A DNA stretch of 64,000 nucleotides, taken from NCBI GenBank assembly GCA_965235115.1, contig OZ249441.1, positions 12,958,001 to 13,022,000 on the forward strand, written 5' to 3'. Each line of letters starts with the position of its first letter. The first letter of the stretch is position 1. The position numbers and the translations under genes were made by a program. Positions 47,401 through 60,300 of the stretch are shown here, piece after piece. The notes beneath the pieces were generated by a model. It was not told the origin of the DNA and ran no database searches. It saw only the letters and a program-made list of their open reading frames with translations. The DNA comes from Laetmonice hystrix (Eukaryota).

Positions 47401-50400
47401 GCTTATCACACTATTTAGTACTTTTTTTATTTGAATTTTTTTTAAAGACGAGTAGATTCATTCCATTCCGTGTCCGTAGAAGTGATGGTGTGATTATGCG
47501 ATGGCCGTTGACATTCATAGGGGGATGACCACAGCTGTCTGCTCGAATCGAACTCCTGTTATCCGGGGACCCACAAATCTCCCAGCTCATCACGCCCACT
47601 TCGGCCGGGTATATTTTGACCGACGTTCACTAAATGGACAGGACTAAAACTGTTTAGTGACGTTACTGTCCCACAGTCTGGGATGATCGGGTAGTTATTC
47701 AATAACTTCCCCTCTGTGCTCTGTCTATGTTGGTGAATGGCCGGAGGTCAGGCAGCGGGAACGCGGGGCCGAGAGGCAGCCGTCAGACGGCATCGATCGA
47801 AAGCTATTTGCCGCCTTGCTGCCGTGTATAGACATCTACGTGACGGCCCGGACGGTTGGCCTTGCGGCTGGTCGGGCACTGCAGGGCCGGGCTGGCCGGG
47901 AGGTGGGCCTGGGGCTGGCCTGGCCTGGCCGGGTCGGCTGGCCGAGCAAGGTGGGCCTGGGGCTGGCCTGGCCGGGTAGGCTGGCCTGGCCGGGTCGGCT
48001 GGCCGGGAAATGCTGGCCTGGCCTGGCCGGGGCCCTGGCCGGGCAAGGCTGGCCTGGCCTGGGCGGCTGGCCGGGCAAGGTTGGCCTGGGGGATGGTCGG
48101 GTAAGGCTGGCCTGGGGCTGGCCTGGCCTGGGCGGCTGGCCGGGTAAGGTTGGCCTGGAGGCTGGCCTGGCCTGGCCAGGCGCCTTTGGGCTCGTCGCTG
48201 ATAATGATCAATTTAGCTCCATAAGACATGATTCATTCTCTCTGTACTATGGGGAGAGCTTGGGGACAAGATAATTCACCTGTCATTACGTTGGCTTGAT
48301 AAAGCGTGGTTTAACATGGGCAGACGATTCAGACATACCCTGATTATACGACATGCCCTCAGTCTATATGTGACGAGTTGATAGATTTTCATAATAATCG
48401 TATTCGGAACGATAGGCCTATGATGCCTGCGAGTGACCACAAAGTCATGTTTGCTTACGTATGGTACGGATTTATACCTAGCCTTGCTCAGTCAGACTAG
48501 CCTATGAGGGCATCACATTTGATCACCTTTACGAAATAACCAATGAGAAATCCGTCTTAGGAGGACCACATTAAGAAAATAAGTAATGATCAAAGCATTA
48601 TGCTGACAGTAAGCAGCCACAACATCTCCGCCAGGGGGCGCGACAGTCTGCGCCCGTGGTATTAGTACGGGGGATCTCGTATCACGGGGTAGAAGTATTA
48701 TTACGGACAGATGGACCAATCAGAAGGCAGCATTGTTACTGGACCTGTGATAAGTATACCCCATAGTTATATAAATAATGTTTTGATCAAGATCATCCAA
48801 GTCAAATAGCCACTAGAATGTAACAATGTGTCATTTTGAGCCGTTTCACAAGACTGAATCTCACTCTAATGTTTGCTCATTCTGTTATCTCGGTCTGATT
48901 GTGTTCTGCCTCTAAATCATGGGTTCCATCCTTTAAATTCACAGTGGTGATCGCAGACTTAAATCTAAATCTGTATTCATGTACTTGCATTATTCTATTT
49001 TAATTAAGCCAGAGTCGAATTATTAATTGGTTCAGGTAAAGAAAGATCGCGAGAAGATCCCACCTATAACTCACAGTGCTTTCCGCTCGTGAACATGGCT
49101 GTTGGAACTCAAGTAGATTCTCTAGGCCATATTAATAAGGAGGGGAGGGGGGGGGCGGGGGAGGGGGTGAAGCAGTCTTCCCATAATTTTCCAATAGCAC
49201 ACGAAAGGTCAAACCTTGGGGGGGTGGGCGGACGTCGCGTCACACCTCCAAGAGATGGCCTCGGCTCTACTGTTCCGATAAAAATGGTTTTCGTTCAGTC
49301 TTTGAATTATGATATTTACTTGTGGACCCGGACCACGATCTTCCAGCCCATTTAAACAGTTGACTGTGTTTATTTATTGACTTGTTTACCCGTCCGTTGT
49401 ATCCACTTTACCCCCAAGTAACAAACATGTTTTTGTTGTTTTCCAGTCTGGGAGAGACACGTTTAACAAGGCTCGTATTATGAACATAGCGTTCGTGGAA
49501 GCGCTCAAACAGAACAACTTTCAATGTTTTGTCTTCCACGACGTGGATCTAGTACCGGAGGATGACCGCAATATGTACTCGTGTCCCACCCAACCTCGTC
49601 ACATGTCGGTCGCCATCGACGAGATGGGATACAAGTAAGTGTCACTCCTCACCTCTACAACTACTGTCAATGGGGGGAGGGGCGGCATGTATACGTACAC
49701 CGACCTTACGTAGATTTGTGACTGACATACAGATATGATAATATTTTTAGTAGGATGATTTAGAGCAAGATATAACATAATTTCGTTGAAGATGGCCTAC
49801 AACGGTTTGTCATTTCATATTGTTTTTGTCATAATATAGCGTACGTGGGTATAGGCTCTGCTGATTTTATTGTTTCAATGACCATGTTTGTTTGTTAATT
49901 CAGATTAGCCTATCAGGAGTTGGTCGGTGGTGTCCTGAACATGCGCACGGAACACTTCCAGCGGGTGAACGGCTACTCCAATCTCTACTGGGGCTGGGGC
50001 GCCGAGGACGACGACATGGCCTACAGGTGGCGCTTCATTCTCACCGCCCCCTGGTGGCGGTTTCTATCTGTCTGATGATCACTGCATGGGTGGGCTGGGG
50101 AAGGGGGAGAGGGCTTGATGATGACGTACAGGAGTCACGAGGAGTCATCATACAATATACATCTGCAGATGGATAGTTCACAAAAGACATAGACTTATGT
50201 AATATAATATTCTTTTATAAGACGACAAAAGATTTTGACATGTCCAAAGATTGTAAGTTGATGAATAATGAGAGCACAGGTGGGCGTTATCTTATGTAAG
50301 CTGTTGTCTGTTTTAGAATAATGCACGTCGGCTTGAAGATAACGCGGCCACCAGAGGGCGTGGCCAGGTACAAAATGGTGAAACACACGAAACGGAAACC

Positions 50401-50970
50401 AGCGGACTGGCGGAAAAGGTAATCAGCTTTTACATCTCGCCTTCATCGTGGGTTGTCGTGGAAACAGTAATGAGATAATCAAACTCCGCATGTTGTTCTA
50501 AAGGTGTCATTAGGGACAGTGGTGATTATGAGTATGTCATTCTACGGCCTACAATAGAACGGCTAGATCTACAGGTCAACATAAAGGCACACATTAGATC
50601 TATGCAAGGGGTACAATAGTTAATACAATAGTATTTTGGCATCATTACATGATATGTCATGATACATAATGGAGTCTGTAGAATTACATCGACAAACAAA
50701 GAGACACATACCGACACAAGTCGTTTAGTCTTTATCTCGAAAACTGATGGGCCTACTGACAACATTCTTATGTGTGTAGGCCTATATAGACTCTATATTA
50801 CCTTTCCTGTTTCTGGTTGCTTCTACAGGGCCAAGTTGCTATACACAGGCACACGTCGGTTTCAGTTCGACGGCCTCAACAGCCTGCAGTACAAGGTGGT
50901 ACACGTAAAGAGAATGCCACTCTTTACCCACGTTCTGGTCGATATCGGCAAGCCGCCGCGCGGTTTCTGA
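35440..50970 (+). CDS. B4GALT: GT7 family beta-1,4-glycosyltransferase (B4GALT/bre-4-like), 523 aa, type II membrane protein
   Basis: Exons 35440-36214, 45505-45746, 49447-49634, 49904-50026, 50317-50418, 50829-50970 are phase-consistent. Motifs: N-terminal TM, CPSIPPLL, VAVIVPYRDR, HPILQRQQLDY, FVFHDVDLVPEDDRNMY (DXD), NGYSNLYWGWGAEDDD, YKMVKH, DGLNSLQY. Confidence 0.95.
39977..40842 (+). repeat. 83-bp minisatellite, 7+3 copies
   Basis: Units at 39991, 40074, 40157, 40240, 40323, 40406 and 40489, a 17-bp interruption, then 40589, 40672 and 40755. Confidence 0.97.
43560..44612 (+). repeat. 105-bp satellite, 10 copies with a 210-bp dimer structure
   Basis: Unit tatgtgtacactgtattagttacagttagagagaggagtaggaagggccatgatgctcagtgtgaatgattacagtgaccatgttcacagRgagacaatgtatca. 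Confidence 0.97.
46155..46333 (+). repeat. 36-bp minisatellite, 5 copies, each starting AATAAA
   Basis: aataaacctgcagacacgagccgctgccattgttct at 46155, 46191, 46227, 46263 and 46299. Confidence 0.95.
47173..47372 (+). repeat. ~33-bp minisatellite with variable poly-C tract, ~6 copies
   Basis: ccccccc(c)cattattggggagatatagggcag(t) repeated. Confidence 0.9.
47880..48185. repeat. Very GC-rich cryptic repeat built from ggcct/ggccg/ggctg words
   Basis: Runs such as ggcctggcctggccggg and ggctggcctgg; many open frames result from stop-codon scarcity. Confidence 0.8.
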
Positions 50971-52174
50971 CCTCCCCGTTACCACAGAGATGTCGGACAG
51001 CACAGTCAGCACGCTGCCCGGTCCTCTGTCGTCGGTCCTCCATCGGTCCCCCATCGGTCCGTCGGTATAGACATCAGGTCCAGGACTTTGGCCAGGCCTC
51101 CATACGGTCGACCGGTTCATCAGGCTTCGGTAACTTAAAGTGGAAGCCTGGTGCAGTCGTGTGGTGGACATGTACATTTAGATGTATAAATGCGGGAAGT
51201 GAACCTGTACTGTATAATAATACGTGAGTAGGTCATTTTACATTGGCCTGCATTTGTACATGATATACAGAGGCCTAATTATGTCTGTATACAGACAGAC
51301 TATAACAAAACAGGTGCACAGGAACATTATATATTGGTCTACCTATACACGTGCTCGCCAGACATACATGTATACAGACAGCCAGTGGTATACGTGAACA
51401 CAGTATAGGCCTACATACACATGTGTACACAAATATCTATTACAATGATATACGATTGTCTTTTTTATACAGTAAAGACAATGTGAAACAGGATTGACAA
51501 TCACCCCGTCATTATATTTTCTAGTGAGAAAACAATGACTGGGAGCAGAGTTAGGTCGGAGAAGTTGATAAATGCTGACTTCACGATCAGCTAAAGGGTG
51601 CAGTGCACTCCTCGCTCATGTCACCGTTATATTTTCTGAATGGTTTGACGATTGGAGTGGCGCAGTTGTATGGAAACATATATAATGTGACGTAAAAGCT
51701 ATATCACTGTTAGGGGTGGAGCTGGACGGGCTGCCGGAGCTCAATGTTACTTGTTTAGTGATGAAGGTTCCTGAGGCAATGTTTGTGAGGACCATGAGAA
51801 CTTGTGCCAAATACATCTTGTTTAGACGGAAGAGGTTTTTACCATGTCGTCTTCACTGACATCAGTGTTTTGATATCCTAGCATTATGAGATAGAACAAG
51901 TCGGAACCATCTGTGTTAAGGATGAGATGAGATTACTAATTTAGATGGCATTACACCCATTATCAAAAAAAAAATGCCAGGCAAAGGCTTGTTGCCTGAA
52001 CAAAGGCATGTTAGTTACAAGACGAATGACAATAATTGTAAGCTGACACGTCAATGATCGTTAGCCTGACGCGTGTTACTTTAAACCTCCAGGGATTGAA
52101 CATAGATTGGTTTCAACGACTCAATTAACTGTTCAAGCAGGTTTTACCACTTAGACCGTCAGTCACAGCGTTGG

Positions 52175-52703
52175 ACTCGGTGCTGGTGATCACCACTCCC
52201 TCTATCGTTTAGTACCTGAACCCACCAACTCGGTGCTGGCGGTCACCACGCCCTCTATCGTTTAGTACCTGAACCACCGACTCGGGCTGGCGATCACCAC
52301 TCCCTCTATCGTTTGGTACCTGAACCACCGACTCGGGATTGCAATCACCACTCCCTCTATCGTTTGGTACCTGAACCACCGACTCGGGATTGCGATCACC
52401 ACTCCCTCTATCGTTTGGTACCTGAACCACCGACTCGGGATTGCGATCACCACTCCCTCTATCGTTATAGTACCTGAACCACCGACTCGGGATTGCCATC
52501 ATCTCTCCCTCTATCGTTATAGTACCTGAACCACCGACTCGGGATTGCCATCATCACTCCCTCTATCGTTTCGTACCTGAACCACCGACTCGGGATTGCC
52601 ATCACCAGTCCCTCTATCGTTATAGTACCTGAACCACCGACTCGGGATTGCCATCACCACTCCCTCTATCGTTTCGTACCTGAACCACCGACTCGGGATT
52701 GCC
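52175..52703 (+). repeat. 51-bp intergenic minisatellite, ~10 copies
   Basis: actcgggattgcgatcaccactccctctatcgtttggtacctgaaccaccg; the leftmost copies are the most diverged. Confidence 0.95.
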
Positions 52704-54128
52704 AGAAATGTGAATGGGACGTGTGGGTGTTTTGGTCGTCTGTGAGCACGATAGATTTGGAGATTTCTGGTTTTCGTATCGTAGGCTCTACCTCATATAT
52801 TACTGAAGAAATGTAGCACTTTCAGCTTGATTTCATCAAACGGCCATAGAATACTAGTAGAAGCGGCATCAAATGGTAATTTGACCCAAGAAACAACATG
52901 AACAAAAGGGGGACTGTGAAGACCCCGCCCCCGAATAAATAAATATGGAAATGTTATTAAAAAATACCACTGTTTTGTGTGTGCTTTAAATTCCTATAGG
53001 CCTATTAGGCATAGGCCTAATAGGCCTAAATCCCATGAGGTAGACCTCTCCCTATGAACCGTCTGCCTACCTAACCCCATTACATACTATGATGGCGATT
53101 TTAAATGAAAGCTAGGAACACTATACAACGGAGTTAAGCCTGCTTAACTTTGTACCTTAAGGACATTTTTCTAACGTCTTACCCCTAGGTTAATCACTTT
53201 CATCTGAGAAACCAGAAATCAACCGTTCACGGAAGGCCTACAATGGCATTGGGTGCTGATGCCTCCATCCCAACCTCGGCCCCAAGTCGACAGAGAGGAT
53301 ATCTGCGCGGGGTGAATGAGGTCCCAAACTTGTCTGCAAGAACTTCCGTCATGTTCTGTGTTAAAAAATTAACCCTTTCCAGGCCCCTTTAACAAATTTG
53401 CCCCAGCTAATTAGTTAGCTATTAAAAATGTTTCTTTGCAGAATTATACCCAATAGCCTACTTATAAGTCACTGCAGGTTTATGTTGCAATGTTACGTCT
53501 TAGTTCCTACGTAACTCAACATATGGCACTAGGAAGTATTTCAATATGTCAGCTCCGATGGCGTATTCCGCCTGAGTGCGTGCAAGTACACAATGTCAGG
53601 TAAGTGTTATAATAAATACAAACGTACCTTGCAAATCAAAAACTGGTGGATAGAGATTGAAACGTTAAAACGTATAGACAAAACATGTCAATAATGAACC
53701 CCAAACTTTCATCTCTAATCTTTAGCAGGATTGGCAAATCTTTGTTGCAAATATGCACCATCTGCTTGGAAGTGAAAGTTTGGCATAGATTGTGCAATGG
53801 ATGTTACTGAAAGTGATGAGGTAAGCACAGAGATGCCTTCACACACACACCAATAGGTGGCGTGGTAGCAATACAAAGGTTTTACCGGTGTTCATTTAGG
53901 ATTTTCTAAATACGCCACTGTTTTTAATAATGAATGCTCTCAGTGTTGCCCTGTTACGTAACCAAGTGTAACGTTACCTGGTACACGACATCGCTGGCGA
54001 GCTAAAGACGCCAGTTGTGGCATGCACGAGGTGCGAACGCTCGTGAGGATGCCCGAGTCGTTCATGAAAACGGCTTAAGTTTAAGGCTTTCACACAAGAC
54101 GAGTTCATTTTGTGGGACGCCAGACTGA

Positions 54129-54181
54129 CCAATGAAGCAGGTCGTTGCCTAGTAGTCAGTGAGCTTAGTAGGTATATATAA
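54129..54181 (+). promoter_or_regulatory. Candidate ABCB1 core promoter (CCAAT + TATA)
   Basis: CCAAT at 54129-54133 and TATATATAA at 54173-54181, about 135 nt upstream of ATG 54317 (ACGATGG, good Kozak context). Confidence 0.45.
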
Positions 54182-54316
54182 GTTTATAAGCCCGGACGGT
54201 ATTCGGGGAAGGTACATATAGGGGTCACTGTTAACAGTAGAAGGAATGCATTAGCTGTTACATAGGCCTGTACGATTTCATTTCTACGTCACCTTTTAAC
54301 GCGTTCACGAGCAACG

Positions 54317-57300
54317 ATGGCGGAGGCTTCTGAAGCTCCTGAAACAAACAAGAAGAATGGGTTGTCCCAGGATATTACTCTGACAGAGGAATCCGACAAA
54401 CAGTCTACAAAAAACGCGACTGAAGATGCGAATAAACCGCCAGAACAAGTTGGAGTTCTTGAACTGGTAGGTAGAGTTAACATCATTAGATTGCAAGGAC
54501 CTGGTGGTTTGGGTGGTACACACTCGTTGCGGCATTGCCCATTCCATAGGGTAAATCGGACTTTCATTTTGTTTTTCCTGAAAGGACAGGAAAGAGGAAA
54601 GATATCTTTGCGTGTAGTATACATGCACATAAAGCCTGCAAACCTAATTATAAGCCTACACATGTAATGGGGTTCTGTGCTCATAACTTCACCGACATCT
54701 TCACCGACTGTCTCACTGCGGTAGTTGTTATGCAAAAGCATAATGGAAAATTCAATGGGAATTATTTAATAGAATTGAAGCCTATGCGTTTAAACATTTT
54801 ATTCAAGAGGTCTGTTAGCGTATGATTACATTCGTATCTATTTCAGTTTCGTTTTGCCGACGGTTTGGACCGGTTCCTGATAGTTTGTGGGATCTTTGCG
54901 GCCATTGCCCACGGTACGGCCATGCCCATTCTGGTTATCCTGTTTGGAGACATGATCGATACATTCCTTGGTAACAGTCAGTTCACATCCTGGTGGACGG
55001 ACAACAGTGCCACCATCCTTGCCAGCTTTAACGTCAGCCAGTCACAGCTCATGAATGACCCTGCCGCGCTGCTGTGAGTATACCTGTGACCACTCGTACG
55101 AATTAAGGCCATTGTCAGCGGACAGGTCATCGCAAAGAATATAGGGCTCTGTAAGCTTACCCAGTTGCGGGCACGGAAAAATTACCCCCCCCCTTTAATT
55201 TATAAAAAAGTGCCCTTTGAAACTGGTTCCTGCACTGACAAGTGCCTCTCCATCGATTCCCATGTAAAGAGAAAAATCTCATTCTAATGGAGGCGATGGA
55301 TGGCTGACGATGTTTGGGGTTTATTTCAGTCAAGTTTGTACCGGACTCAACATGACAGCGGAATGCAGCAGCATGTTTGGTGATGCTACAAACAACTTCC
55401 TGGGCAAAATCAACAGCCTCGTCGGATATTTTTGCAGTAAGTCTAATATGTACAATCTATCAACGGATTTCTATAGTTTGAAATATGGAACTTTGATGTA
55501 ACATTAATAACTCAACACCTGCCTAAAAAGAAAAAAAAAGAGTTTCTGCTACTGAGGACGTCCTAAGCTCAGAGCTCCTTGAAACCGGATATATGCATGT
55601 CTTATAGCCACACTCCGTTTTCCTTCAGTCATTGGAGTGGCCACAATGGTTCTCGGCTACTGCCAACTGGTCTGCTGGGATCTCGCTTCATTCCGACAGT
55701 GCCAGCGAATTCGCTTGAAACTTTTCCACAACGTCATACGACAGGAGATTGGCTGGTTTGACACTCACGAGGCCGGAGAACTTAACACCAGACTTTCAGA
55801 GTAAGTGCGACCAAATGAACTATAACGATAATTGTAAGCCCTCTTTTAAAGTAGTAAGGTACATGTATTATGTATCATCAACATGGAGTATTTTATGGAT
55901 CCACGTATCAATGGAGTCCTCGTCGATTGACCTTGCCTGTTGGCTTGGTTAGAATGGGATTGTCTCGCATCGGCCTCTACACGTTAGGTGAGGCCTATGG
56001 ATCTTGCTGGAGCTTAATTCCGCAAGAGGCCCGATCAAGAGTTGTGAACGCTGCCCAGTGTATATCAAGTGTCCGACGTTGTGTTTACAGTGACGTGACT
56101 AAGATCCAGGTTGGGATTGGTGAGAAGATGGGCCTGTTTTTCCAGTCCATTACATCATTCCTGGCTGGGTTTGTCGTAGGGTTTGTCTACGGCTGGAAGA
56201 TGACTTTGGTCATCCTGGCTATCAGTCCCTTGCTTGCCCTGGCAGCGGCGCTCACCGCCAAGGTAGGCACGCCTTCAACAGTATCTTTCTTTTTGTATGT
56301 TACCATTCACAAAATTTGTACTTTTTGAACTGGAAACGAATAGCCTAAATCAGATATAAGATTCTGGGCTCTATAATGGAGTGAATACATGTGTTTGGGA
56401 CCTGCCCACATTTAACCACGGGTGTTTTCCACAGGTCATGGCCACGTTCACCAGTAAGGAGCTGCTAGCATACGCCAGGGCGGGCGCCGTGGCCGAGGAA
56501 GTGTTGGTGGCTATTCGCACGGTCGTTTCATTCAGTGGTCAGCGCAAGGAGTGTGACAGGTAGGCTGGCCGAGCAGTTATAGGTGCAACTTGCTGCTCCC
56601 GCCATACTCATGTGGGCAGTTCATCACTCCACTGCCAAGTTCAGTCGGATGGTTAAGACAAATATGTGTCTGGTATATAATTACCACCTGAGCCCCTATT
56701 GACTTATTTAGCAAATACTTTAAAACCTTTTAAGGTTTTTACCGAATACCCATGTTTCTTTCATAGGGTCGATTTGTAATAGCAAATCTTCTGTCTTCCT
56801 TGTTGCCGGACATTCATTGTTTTTTAAAACTACATTTTGTTCTGTCTTCCAGATACAACAAAAATTTGTCAGATGCCAAGGATTTCGGAATCCGTAAAGG
56901 GGTTGCGAACGGTCTTGCAGTAGGTCTAGTGTACATCATCATGTTCTCGGCGTACGCCCTGGCCTTCTGGTACGGCGGTAAGCTGGTTCGGGAGGGCGAG
57001 TACACCGGAGGTCGCCTCCTCATTGTAAGTCGAGCGGTTTGAAAAAATTAATAACTATACGGTAGATGAGTAAAACCTGTTGTATCCTACTGATGATTGC
57101 CGTTTTAATTCGAAAACGCACTGCTATTGTTTGTATATATGGGAATATTCAGGCTCTTTGTGACTAGTTGCTGCTGTATGTAGTGAGTTCACTGCTCTGA
57201 AACACGGTCAAATATGTTTCAGGTTTTCTTCAGTGTCCTTATCGGCGCCATGTCGATAGGAAACGCGGCGCCAAGCCTGGCCAACTTTGGCACTGCGCGA

Positions 57301-60300
57301 GGTGCAGCATATATGCTTTATAATCTTATAGACCTGGTACGTTCTTCTTCATTACACCCTAACACCAATAAACCGATCCATCTGTGTTACGGCATCGTCA
57401 ACACCAATACCCTGAACCACCTGTGACAAGAAACAAGACATTAACACCAATACCCTAAACCATCTGTGACACGGAACATGACATCCTCAACACCAATACC
57501 ATAAACCATCTGTGACATCCTCAACACCAATTATAACCAAAACAATCTGCGCTACGGCATCCTCAACACCAATACCCTGAACCATCTGTGACACGGAATA
57601 CGACATGCTCAACACCAATACCCTAAACCATCTGTGACACGGAACATGACATCCTCAACACCAATACCCTGAACCATCTGTGACACGGAACATGACATCC
57701 TCAACACCAATACCCTGAACCATCTGTGACATGGAACATGACATCCTCAACACCAATACCCTGGACCATCTGTGACACGGAACATGACATCCTCAACACC
57801 AATACCCTGAACCATCTGTGACACGGAACATGACATCCTCAACACCAATACCCTGGACCATCTGTGACACGGAACATGACATCCTCAACACCAATACCCT
57901 GAACCATCTGTGACACGGAACATGACATCCTCAACACCAATACCCTGGACCATCTGTGACACGGAACATGACATCCTCAACACCAATACCCTGAACCATC
58001 TGTGACACGAAAAACTCCATCCTCAACACAATATCCTAGACCATTATATGATACCTACATGTACATTCATAACGATGAATGCCCGAATTTTAGGTAATAA
58101 TAAAAATGAGGACACTAGCACAACTGGACAACTGCCTGTAAGAAAGGGAACCGAGAAAATGCAATGGTAATCAAGATGAGCACATCATATTTCAGGAGCC
58201 TAAAATCGACAGCAGCAGCGAAAGTGGCGAAAAGCTTGACTCAATCAAGGGAAACGTCGAGTTCAGAGACGTGTACTTCAACTACCCGTCCAGACCCGAC
58301 GTCAAGGTAGGAAAACTAAGGGCACACTATAATCCGTACATTCCAACTTACGCAACCTCCTTAACCCACTTACACGGGCCATTTTGTAGCTACCTGGTGC
58401 AGGAATTAGAGCGGCTTACCATTGGCTGATGCAAGCTATTGGGGGAATTATTCTGGTTGGCAGGACCGGAGTCTCTAAATAATGCTAGGCGCTATAACAT
58501 ACTTAGTGTATTTACATCGAGAAGTATGGTTAATAACACATCTGTTTGCTATTTGCCTTGCTCCGCCAGATTCTACAAGGTTTGAATCTGAAGGCTCACG
58601 TTGGCCAAACGGTGGCGCTGGTGGGCTCGAGTGGCTGTGGCAAATCGACCACCGTGCAGCTCCTGCAGCGTTTCTATGACCCCGTGCAAGGTCAGGTAAG
58701 CGCGAGCCATCTTACACAAAGAAAGGATTTAAAACAGCAGACTGGTAGTCGGCGTTACAGTATCGTACCCACGAGCAATTCTGATATTCAGTTTTGGATA
58801 GTCCTGAAGTAATTAAATGGCTTAGAATATAAAGCGGTATAATACATTGTACTTTAATGAATATGTTCATTATTGAAAACTGCCTTAAACCGACCTTATT
58901 TCATAAGTTCGTATTAAAGAAATGAGACACTTTCTAACATGTAGTTTTTGTATACCCTGAAGGTGTTGATCGACGGGGTGGACGTGAAGCAGCTAAACGT
59001 ACGCTGGTTACGACAGAATATCGGCGTGGTAAGCCAGGAACCTGTGTTGTTCGCCACCACCATCGAACAAAACATCCGCTACGGACGCGAGCAAGTCACC
59101 CAGGAGGAAATCGAGCACGCCGCCAGGAGGGCCAACGCTCATGACTTCATTTCAAAACTACCGCAGGTAAAAAAACAATGTACTGAATCTAAGATTTCCG
59201 ATGAAAATGAAACCTAGCCTAACTCAATTAAAAGTCGACTATTAATATAAAGTGTTCCACTGTATACATATGCCCACTTGTTATACAGCGATACGAGACG
59301 ATGGTCGGAGAGAGAGGGGCCCAGTTGAGCGGGGGTCAGAAGCAGCGGATTGCTATCGCCCGAGCCCTAGTGAGGGACCCCAAGATCCTGCTGCTTGATG
59401 AAGCCACCTCAGCACTGGACACGAGCAGCGAGGCTATTGTCCAGGCTGCCCTTGATAAGGTAGGCAGCATAGCCTAAACGGTATCATCCCGCTAGCCCCC
59501 CACCCGCTAGCCCCCCGTTTAGACAGGGCCGAAGGTGTGAGAAATCTGTGCCGGTAGCCCCCCGCTCGGCTGTTCCACTATCAGACACTACCCCCTTATT
59601 AGGCCTGGAGATTTGGGGTGGTCAGCGGTCAGGGATGGTAAGGGCAAGGAACTTACATTGTAATGTATAGTTCTTTGTTAAGGGATAACTAAAAGGCAAG
59701 CCACAAATAATTAGGGGGTGTTACTAAATAAAATGACTGATTACGGGTGTTACGGGACTGAATCTGTATAGAATTTATTTTTCTGACATCAGATTACCAA
59801 CCATTATGGTGTTACTTAGAATCACAGTTATACACTCAACCACTGCCTTACTTATAGGATCAGTATTGTCCATCATTATGGCCAACCGCCTCAGGCCTCC
59901 ATCGTTCTGTGGCATATCATAGTCTAAGCCTAACTGGTGCAATCGGGAGTCAATATTATCATACTTTTTCCTTCTTTTGGGGGGCTGGCTGACCTGCCTG
60001 CATCAGCAGCATATGAACCGCCAAGTCCCGCCATTGACCCCCCCCCCCAACTCCGTCCACGCCTCAGTGGTGGGGAGGAGGGGGGGTTGTGTCAGGGAGT
60101 GGAACAGCCGAGCGGGGGTCTAGCGGCACAGATTTCTCACACCTTCGGCCTTGTCTAAACGGGGGGCTAGCGGGCGGGGGGCTAGCGGGGGTAATCCGCC
60201 TAAACAGCGTACATAAATCTCAAGTGCCCGTATGCAAGTGTGGAAGTGATCAGATTTTCATTCTTATATTGAATTCGCATTCTTACAGAACCAATTATCT

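Noticed and set aside
47737-48274. PGQ/GWP-repeat ORFs on both strands
   Set aside because: GC-rich low-complexity DNA open in most frames, with no splice or domain support.
52997-53028. 13-bp-stem hairpin taggcctattagg/cctaataggccta
   Set aside because: It is built from the locally abundant TAGGCCTA palindrome; there is no evidence for a structured RNA.
22514-58010. Regularly spaced repeat arrays as CRISPR-like loci
   Set aside because: Units are contiguous head-to-tail copies with no unique spacers, there are no cas genes, and the context is spliced eukaryotic genes.
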